From: Azolla caroliniana
Lineage: Eukaryota; Plantae; Polypodiophyta
Assembly: GCA_043228905.1 (NCBI GenBank)
Contig: JBHGNT010000768.1
Coordinates: forward strand, 1 to 15,994
Reading direction: 5' to 3'
Length of the DNA: 15,994 nucleotides
Position numbers and translations under genes: made by a program. Below are positions 8,629 through 15,994 of this stretch, piece after piece (the first letter of the stretch is position 1; every line of letters starts with the position of its first letter). The notes beneath the pieces were generated by a model. It did no database searches and was not told the origin of the DNA. It worked only from the letters and a program-made list of their open reading frames with translations.

Positions 8629-10296
8629 GCGTTTCGACTTCAAAATCAAATCACATATCGACTGGGGAAGCAGCAAGGAAAAGCAGATGCACTATTACGA
8701 CGTTCATATCTTGCACCTCGTCCTGGTGATCCAACATTTGATAATAAAAAACAAGTAATCTTGGGACCAACACGATTGCACACAACACGGATTTTTCACA
8801 CCCCGATGGATTCACGGATTACCGACGACATACGTGCAAACTTGAAGACGGATAGTTTTGCTCAAAACATCTTGGTGCACATTGATACTTCTCGGGCATC
8901 CTGTTCTCAGTCTCAACAACCAGGTATTGACTACCGACAATTTGAATATCATGATGGTTTGTTATTCTTTAAAAAGCACGTATATGTCCCCGATTGCTCT
9001 TGTCGCCTTCAAATCGTCCAGCATTGTCATGACACCCATACGGCGGGACATTTCGGTAGTACTAAGACGATGGAGCTAGTGCAACGATCTTTTTGGTGGC
9101 CCCACATGCGCCGTTTTGTCGACGACTACGTTCGGACCTGTGATGCTTGCGGCCGAGCAAAGATGCCACGACACCATCCATATCGCTTGTTGGAACCCTT
9201 ACCGATTCCAAGTAAGCCGTGGCAATCTATTTGTCTTGATTTTATCACAGATCTGCCGGTCTCGCAGGGGTTCGATGCTATCTTAACCGTCGTCGATTGA
9301 TATACGAAGATGGCACATTTTGTTCCGTGTACTAAGGCCATCACTAGCGAGGAAACCGCCGCCCTAGTCATGCGTGAGGTATTTCAACATCATGGCCTCC
9401 CAGACAGTATCATCAGTGACCGAGGACCGCAATTTGTCTCCAAATTTTGGCAGCATCTCTTCAAGATGCTCAAGGTCTCTTGCAACCTCTCCTCCGGCTA
9501 CCATCCTCAGACCGATGGGCAGGCAGAACGAACAAACCAAACGTTGGAGCAATATCTCTGGTGTTTCCTGAGTTATCAACAAGACGATTGGGCCAAGATT
9601 CTCCACTTTGCGGAGTTTGCGTATAATAATGTTGTTCACTCCTCGACTCGAGTCTCCTCATTCTACGCTTATACCGGTTCTCATCCTCGCTGGTCGGTGA
9701 TCGACACCCTAGAGCTACCTACCAATCCTCGTGCCGGGGATCATTTGGAGAGACTACGCAAGATCCAGATAGCTCTCTCGACTCATCTTCGTCATCCTCA
9801 ACAGACACAGAAGACTTACGCGGATCGTCATCGGCTTCCCTCCTCTTTTGCCATCGGAGATCAAGTATGGCTCTTACGTCGTCACATCAAGACTACTCGA
9901 CCGTGCGACAAGTTGGATTATCGATGACTCGGTCCTTTCCTTATTACGGGTAAAGTTAATGATGTCACATTCCGCCTTGATCTCCCTCCGTAGCTTCAGA
10001 TACATCCGGTTTTCCATTGTTCTCTTCTTGAACCTTATAAAGCAAACATCATTCCCGATTGTGTTACACCACCGCCGCCCCCGCTGGAGTTGGACGCCGG
10101 CCCGGAGTATGAAGTTGCTGCCATCCTCGATTCCAAACTTATTAGCAACAAACTTTATTATTTGGTCGATTGGGTTGGTTATAGTCTGAGCGAACACACT
10201 TGGGAACCTGTCGAGCATGTTGCCAATGCTCAGGATCTGCTTGCTGATTTCCACCGAAAGTAATCAGCGCTGACTCGTTCCACTCGTCGTCTTTAA
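8618..10296 (+). pseudogene. Gypsy pol remnant: RNase H C-terminus, integrase, GPF motif, chromodomain
   Basis: LFLTRFDFKI/TYRLGKQQGKADALLRR. Zinc finger HDTHTAGHFG...CDAC. Core LDFITDLP, IISDRGPQF, HPQTDGQAERTNQ. LGPF and IHPVFHCSLL. Stops at 9298, 9925, 9991 and 10261, plus a 5-bp duplication AAATC at 8643-8652. Confidence 0.95.
10105..10260 (+). other. Chromodomain (group I, HP1-like) at the integrase C-terminus; not shown in the ORF track
   Basis: Hand translation gives EYEVAAILDSKLISNKLYYLVDWVGYSLSEHTWEPVEHVANAQDLLADFHRK. Confidence 0.92.
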
Positions 10297-10303
10297 GGGG
10301 GAG
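10295..10303 (+). promoter_or_regulatory. Gypsy polypurine tract
   Basis: AAGGGGGAG lies 4 nt before the 3' LTR. Confidence 0.85.
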
Positions 10304-10307
10304 TTAG

Positions 10308-10627
10308 TGTCATGAGATGGCAAGACTCGAACCCATGACCTTATGGTATATGGGTCGAGCTCTTAACCATCACACCATCTATTATAATTCATAGGATATT
10401 ATTTTCATTTATGTTTTATTATAAGAAAGTAATGTATATTCCAGATTTCTCTGGAACATTCTAGAAGTTTCAGGATTACTCATGACAACACTATAAAAGA
10501 AGGCACTAGGCATTATGTTGAACCAAATTGGTTCAACGCCAGTCTTAAGCCTCTCAACCGCTTTGTAATTATCTTTTCACATAATATATTAGCTGCTGTC
10601 ATCATCTTTCTCTCTCTCTCATCCTCG

Positions 10628-10662
<35 letters not shown>

Positions 10663-10774
10663 TCCTCTTCTCACTTCCTCTCTCGGGAATCTTACGTTGT
10701 CCCGTCCTCTTAGTACTAATAGTACTGCTCTTCTTAGTACTAATTCCCTCTCTGCTTTAGTACTATTCCTAACA
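10308..10774 (+). repeat. Gypsy 3' LTR (467 bp)
   Basis: TGTCATGAG...CCTAACA, followed by the TSD GTCGG. Confidence 0.96.
10315..10380 (-). promoter_or_regulatory. tRNA-like Pol III A/B-box module in gypsy 3' LTR
   Basis: Identical to the copy at 8180-8245. A box at 10367-10377, B box at 10323-10333. Confidence 0.6.
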
Positions 10775-10779
10775 GTCGG
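10775..10779 (+). repeat. Gypsy TSD, right copy (GTCGG)
   Basis: Directly follows the terminal CA of the 3' LTR. Confidence 0.88.
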
Positions 10780-12943
10780 ATGGCTTCTAGGCAGAGGCTC
10801 TACTCACGACAGTACACATAATCAATATGTCGCCAAGTAGACCTCTAGGACTTAAGATACATCAGGAAATATGGACCGGCAGAAAGCCGAATTATGATAA
10901 GCTGAGGATTTTTGGTTGTGAGGCATACGCCCTCATACCGAAAGACGACCGCCGAAAGCTCGAACCGAGATCAAGGAAATGCATTTTCCTCGGGTACGGA
11001 CCCGACGGTGAGATCGGATACCGACTCTGGACCCCGAGCACAAGCAAATCGTCCGAAGTTCGGACGTCGTGTTCAACGAGTCGACTATGCACAAAACGGC
11101 CGAAAGGCCTATTGAAGTCCGAAGGGTAATATTTTCCGAAGTGCCAACCCTTCATGACGGCCCAACACACAACACGAGACCGGTTTCACGGGTAACCGAC
11201 TTCTCTCGCACCGAATCCATAGATTCGGCACAGCCGAATGGCTCGCCTTCCGACCATCCGACATTGACACCCGGTGCGACCAGTCCAGTCATACCTCGAA
11301 GATCTGATAGACTGTCGCAACCTCCGGAGAGGTACTCTCCCGGAATTTTCTTCACCGACGTCGGCGAACCGACGTCCTACGAAGAAGCATCGACAGCTGC
11401 CGATTCAGCCACCTGGCATCTGGCAATGGAGTCGGAAATGCACTCCATCTGCGCCAACAAGACTTGGGATCTGGTCGACTTACCAAAGGATCGACGTGCT
11501 CTTCCTTGCAAGTGGGTCTATAGACTAAAGGAGACGTCCGACTCGACCACCCCAAAGTACAAGGCTAGATTAGTTGCGAAGGGATTTCGACAGGAATATG
11601 GCGTCGACTTCGACGAAATCTTTTCACCAGTGGTGAAAATGACAACCCTTCGTTTCATGCTTGGTGTTGTGGCCGCCGACAATTTGGAGCTGATTCAGCT
11701 AGATGTGAAAACGACATTCCTCCACGGTGATCTAAAGGAGGAAATCTACATGGAGCAGCCGAAAGGCTTTGTGGCCACCGGTCAGGAACATCTAGTCTGC
11801 CGACTCAGGAAGAGTCTTTATGGCCTGAAACAGGCACCCCGACAGTGGTACAAGAAGTTCGACGATTTCATCGAGTCGGTCGGCTTCTCCAAGAGCGATG
11901 AGGACCACTGCCTCTTCACCAAAACAGCTCAAGACGGTTGTCCCGTCTTCCTCATCATCTACGTGGACGACATGCTATTCTCCGGTCGGCATACCGGAGA
12001 GCTCACTGAACTCGTTCGGAAACTGCGATTGAAGTTTGTCATGAAGTACCTCGGTCCGGCAAGACACATACTCGGAATGAAGATTAGTCGGAATCGCGCC
12101 AAAAGACAACTTTTTCTGTCTCAAACCGACTACATCGGACGTGTCTTGGAACGCTTCAACATGCAATCGGCCAAGTCTGCTTCGACCCCGCTCCCCATTC
12201 ATCTTCGGCTTTCTCAGCGAGACTGCCCGACATCCGGTCCAGAGGGGGAAGATATGAAGTCAGTACCGTATGCACCGGCAGTAGGCTCTTTGATGTACGC
12301 GATGGTCGCGACATGGCCTGATATTTCTCACGCCGTAGGAGTCATCAGCAGATTTATGCACAATCCCGGCCAATCGCACTGGAACGCAGTCAAGCATGTG
12401 TTCAGATATTTAGCTGGCACAAAAGACCACAACATCCTTTTCGGTCCGAACTCAACTTCAGGCGTAGTCGGTTACACCGACTTGGACTTCGCCGGCTGTG
12501 TGGACAGTCGCAAGTCAACAACCGGATATTGCTTTAAATTCGGCAATGGAGCAATCTCGTGGAAGTCGAAACTTCAGGAGTGCACAACCACCTCAACGAC
12601 CGAAGCAGAATATGTAGCTGCCTCCGATGCAACGAAAGAAGCTTTATGGCTCGGTCGGCTGGCGCACACGTTTCGGCAAGTCGACTCCGACTCGGCTCCA
12701 GTTGTCTACAACGACAGTCAGAGTGTTGTTGCTTTGTCGAAAAATCCGGTTCATCACAACGCCTCCAAGCATATCGAAGTTCAATATCACTTTGTTCGGG
12801 ACTACGTCATTTCCGGGAAAATCGGTCTAGAGAAGATATCCACAACCGATAATGTCGCATATGGAATGACCAAGTGTCTTTCGGTAGACCGGTTCCGGTC
12901 TCTTTGGCAACAGATGGGCGTAACAACATATCGGTCCGGTTGA
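10780..12943 (+). pseudogene. Copia integrase C-terminus, reverse transcriptase and RNase H
   Basis: LRIFGCEAY, KCIFLGY, then a 1-bp deletion near 11030. The open frame 11069-12943 has KARLVAKG, QLDVKTTFLHG, LYGLKQAPRQW, YVDDML, YTDLDFAG, TEAEY and KHIEVQYHFVRD. Stop at 10788. The last RNase H Asp appears lost (NVAYGMTK). Confidence 0.96.
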
Positions 12944-13130
12944 AGCCGGACACAGTGCAAGACGGTTTCGGACAATAGACATTGGTTCACTGACGATCGG
13001 CTTCAGCCTTTCCGACCCGACCAATTCGGTCTTCTGTCTACGGATCATGCCGATTCGAACAAAACCGACTCGTCCGAGAACCTATGCCTATACTTGTATT
13101 TTTTAGATAACCCATGTATACGCCCATTAC

Positions 13131-13137
13131 GGGGGAG
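13131..13137 (+). promoter_or_regulatory. Copia polypurine tract
   Basis: GGGGGAG immediately precedes the 3' LTR. Confidence 0.85.
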
Positions 13138-13330
13138 TGTCGAATACAAATGTATGATGGACGTATTCACACTATCCTCTTAGAGAGCCCAAGTTCGGGC
13201 TATTTCTGTAAATAACATAAAGGACAGTTGCCCTAAGTGAGTCACTATATAAAGTGACTTTGAACCTTTTGTAAAGGTTGGTTGTTCATGGTTGTAACTG
13301 TTGCCCTTTTATGAATATAGATATATTCTT

Positions 13331-13382
<52 letters not shown>

Positions 13383-13481
13383 CGTATATTGTTCTTGTTT
13401 TTCTCATACGCAGGTATTTCTTCCTCACAGACTCATACTGTGTGACCTCTTCCGCACTGACGGCCTTGTTCATTCCCAACA
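13138..13481 (+). repeat. Copia 3' LTR (344 bp)
   Basis: TGTCGAATAC...CCCAACA, followed by the TSD GAGGG. Confidence 0.97.
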
Positions 13482-13486
13482 GAGGG
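13482..13486 (+). repeat. Copia TSD, right copy (GAGGG)
   Basis: Identical to 5114-5118. Confidence 0.95.
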
Positions 13487-14563
13487 TTCTTTGATCCCAA
13501 GAGGTAGGGACACACTGGACAAGATCGAAGGCTCTGAATTGCAGGACAACGAGACATCAACACAACATAAGGCAATTCGAGTACTGACATATACTGGGCA
13601 AAAATGGATTGTAGATCCTGATCCGATCAAAGTACAACCAGGTTGGCACATATGTACTCATGAAAACACATGGCTACGTAAGGTCTGTTGGAACCCTTTG
13701 CAATGGACATGGTGTGATCCTTACGTGGGGCAAGGAAGCAAACCTATCCCTTTCTTTCAATTCACAACTAGATTGGGTCGCCATATTATAGCCGCTCAAT
13801 CCGCCTGAGAGCCGGCTGTTGCAAAGGTCTGGCGCACATATCATGTTCCTTACACAATTATCACCAAGTTTTAGTAGAAACTTTGGAACCAACAACATGC
13901 AAGACGAATCGCCACTTTCCAATGGCTATTAATACATAAGTCACTACCGGTTGGTGCGTGGCAACGTGGAAACCTCAGCTCTCCTAATTATGTAATGTGT
14001 CCAACTGTATTAGGATCCACACGACATGCTCTATGGGACTGCCTAGAGTCTCATCGAATATGGCAGGGGATTGGCCGCTTACTGCAATTATGCGAGGTGC
14101 AAGGCTCAATCAAGTCGCGGAATGTATGTTGGCTATCATGGCAGGCCCCAATTGACAGCTATGATCATCAGGAAGAGGGGCTGACTTTGGTTATAAAAGC
14201 ACAAGAGATTTTTTTCTCCAGCATTGGCAATATCACCCAACTCCTATTAGTGCCAAATCTTAAGTTGTGTTGGACTTGGTCAACCAAATAACTCTTTGGA
14301 TTCTATGGAAACAACGGTGTAGACGGATCTTTTCCAACCAAAGCGCAAAACCAATAATGTTAATGCAAGAGATATGGAGTGAAGCTGTAGCCACTCTAAA
14401 GAGCCAATATGATGGCCTCAAGGGCGACTCCGATAGAGTTGAATGACAACGACTAGCATTTATCCAACAATGGTCGTCCTCTCCTTTTCTTTCTCGTTTT
14501 CTTGAGCCAGTGGGCATCCACATAAGATGGACATATCGTGTCCTTATAGGGATTTGTATATAA
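13487..14563 (+). pseudogene. LINE ORF2 C-terminus with zf-RVT zinc finger (right part)
   Basis: In frame with the left part across the copia TSD (SYKEEG|SLIPRG). FQWLLIHKSLPVG...NYVMC...TRHALWDC...IW starts near 13920, LWILWKQRCRRIF is near 14297, and the frame ends at TAA 14561. Confidence 0.85.
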
Positions 14564-14629
14564 TAATCTCATCTGTAAAATCTTTATAACTAATGGAAGG
14601 AGTTTTTTTTGGAAAAAAAAGAAAAAGAA

Positions 14630-14642
14630 AAAGAAGTATCAA
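14630..14642 (+). repeat. LINE target-site duplication, right copy
   Basis: AAAGAAGTATCAA follows the A-rich tail directly. Confidence 0.85.
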
Positions 14643-14961
14643 TGTCATCAAAGTGCGAAGGTGGCATTTCTTGAGAATCCAACGTTTGATTTTTCTTCCA
14701 TGATATATTTTATCAAATGCATAAAGCTCCCTTTCTTTGTTTGAAGTGGCAATAATACATTTATTCATTTATAATTAGAGATAATCCAAAGCCAAAGTTT
14801 AAAAATCTTTCAACCTTTTCAAGTAGCTCTTTATCGTAAATAATGTATGGTAATTTATCCTTTTCTTGAGTCTTCAAACGTATAACCCCTGTTTTTGAGA
14901 TATTGATACTCAACTTACTATGCGAAAAGGTTGTACTTAGAGCTACAAATCTCATTACGAT

Positions 14962-15051
14962 TACTATCTTAACTGCCCAATAACCAATCTGATCCCAGGG
15001 TGAAGAATACCCAGTCACACCAAAAGATACAGTTAGTACAGCCAGAATTAC
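14962..15051 (-). pseudogene. petB: Plastid cytochrome b6 fragment (nuclear plastid DNA insertion, NUPT)
   Basis: [30 protein letters not shown] matches the recalled PetB segment [30 protein letters not shown]. Similarity stops abruptly on both sides. Confidence 0.92.
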
Positions 15052-15678
15052 AGTAGACAACAAACCTATGCATCTAACAAAGAGCTCAAAATGCATAGCA
15101 AGTGATGACCTACGAGAGAGACTGCCTCAAGTTTGAATATCATGTTTTGGAATTCACATATGAAAGGATGGAACAATATGTGTACATAAGCTTTATATAC
15201 ATTATTGTATAATGCCTATGATATTGAACATGGAGCACTATATAATGCATGTGTGTCCATTGAAGGCTTTAGTAGAGGGGCAAAAAGATGTCTCATGACA
15301 ACATGGTCGATGCAACTTCAATAACAAGTGAGTTATTGAAATGGACAATACCACAAACTTGACAATGATAGAAACTATCATGGATCAAGCAAACAAGCAA
15401 TGTTTTCTAAAAGATTGACTCATGAATTGCATTAAAGCAATACATAAAGGAAGATTTTTTTTTTTGTTATCCAACTATCATGGTTGGCTTGATTATTTTG
15501 TTCTACGCCTTGCATTCTTCATCAAACCCCCGAACACATCAACGACGAAACGATCACACAAACACAAGCACCGCACCAAACCCCTGAACACCGAACGACG
15601 AATAGTGGGAGGAAGAAGGGAAGAACAAAGGATGAAGCTCCTCACAAGAAAACCCAAGAGAGGGAGAAGTGACACACG

Positions 15679-15831
15679 TATAAGGTGCACTTGGCTGATG
15701 GAAGAGTACAATACATCAACGGGGTATTTCATTCATTGGCAATTTACATTGATACTTATATAGAACAAGTAGATTTCCATGTAATGAATATTTGTACCAC
15801 TGATGTAATATTGGTTATAGCACTACCATGG
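15679..15831 (+). pseudogene. Ty3/gypsy aspartic protease remnant (C-terminal half)
   Basis: YKVHLADGR...LAIYIDTYIEQVDFHVMNICTTDVIL...PW resembles the V.lAdG...F.V...DvILG.pW pattern. No catalytic DSG/DTG is present. Confidence 0.65.
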
Positions 15832-15994
15832 AATAAAAGATCAACTCATAAGTTGAACATCATCACAAACAAGCACTTGGTCAAGCGTGGTTTATATTAA
15901 AACCTTTAATTGTCATTGATTTGGTTACACTAAGAGTTAATAGGGAAGAAAGTCGTCATCAAGGGAAAACACTACATTGTTGTACCAAGGAGTT

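Larger units (their letters stand above)
8173..10774 (+). mobile_element. Ty3/gypsy chromovirus (Tcn1-like by inference), internally deleted and non-autonomous
   Basis: Two ~460-bp LTRs starting TGTCATGAG, a PPT and a TSD. The internal region holds only the RNase H tail, integrase and chromodomain, with no PBS, gag, PR or RT. Confidence 0.95.
5119..13481 (+). mobile_element. Ty1/copia LTR retrotransposon, full length, inactive (Tnt1/Tork-like RT-RH by recalled motif similarity)
   Basis: Two ~345-bp LTRs (TGT...ACA), 5-bp TSD, PBS, PPT and domain order gag-PR-INT-RT-RH. Confidence 0.97.
4174..14629 (+). mobile_element. 5'-truncated L1-type LINE (about 2.1 kb net), interrupted by the copia/gypsy nest
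   Basis: ORF2 C-terminal motifs lie on both sides of the copia element, there is an A-rich tail at 14613-14629, and a 13-bp TSD brackets the whole unit. Confidence 0.88.

Noticed and set aside
11069-12943. The 624-codon open RT-RNase H frame as a domesticated gene
   Set aside because: It has no real start (GTG created by an upstream frameshift), it has substitutions at conserved residues (TWPDI, MKYLG, NVAYG), and an open stretch is plausible by chance in a young element.
14761-15096. 111-aa ORF as a real cytochrome b6 or chimeric gene
   Set aside because: Only ~30 codons match PetB, the heme-ligand His residues are absent, and there is no evidence of expression.
15292-15303. CTCATGACAACA shared with the gypsy LTR (8344-8355), after a purine-rich run
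   Set aside because: The match is only 12 bp with no flanking similarity, so it is probably chance.

Overview
Plant nuclear, TE-rich DNA with no intact host gene. Inference: a seed-free plant such as a fern or lycophyte, from the group I chromodomain and a possibly unedited petB codon. The core is a three-level nest of retroelements, all on the + strand and each with its own target-site duplication (TSD). (1) A 5'-truncated L1-type LINE (4174-14629, 13-bp TSD AAAGAAGTATCAA). (2) Inside it, a full-length but pseudogenised Ty1/copia element (5119-13481, TSD GAGGG, tRNA-iMet PBS). (3) Inside the copia integrase, an internally deleted Ty3/gypsy chromovirus (8173-10774, TSD RTCGG) that keeps only the RNase H tail, integrase and chromodomain. 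The most unusual signal is an antisense tRNA-like Pol III A/B-box module at the very start of both gypsy LTRs. The right flank holds a ~90-bp plastid petB insertion and a gypsy protease remnant. The left 4 kb is AT-rich and degenerate, and I cannot assign it.
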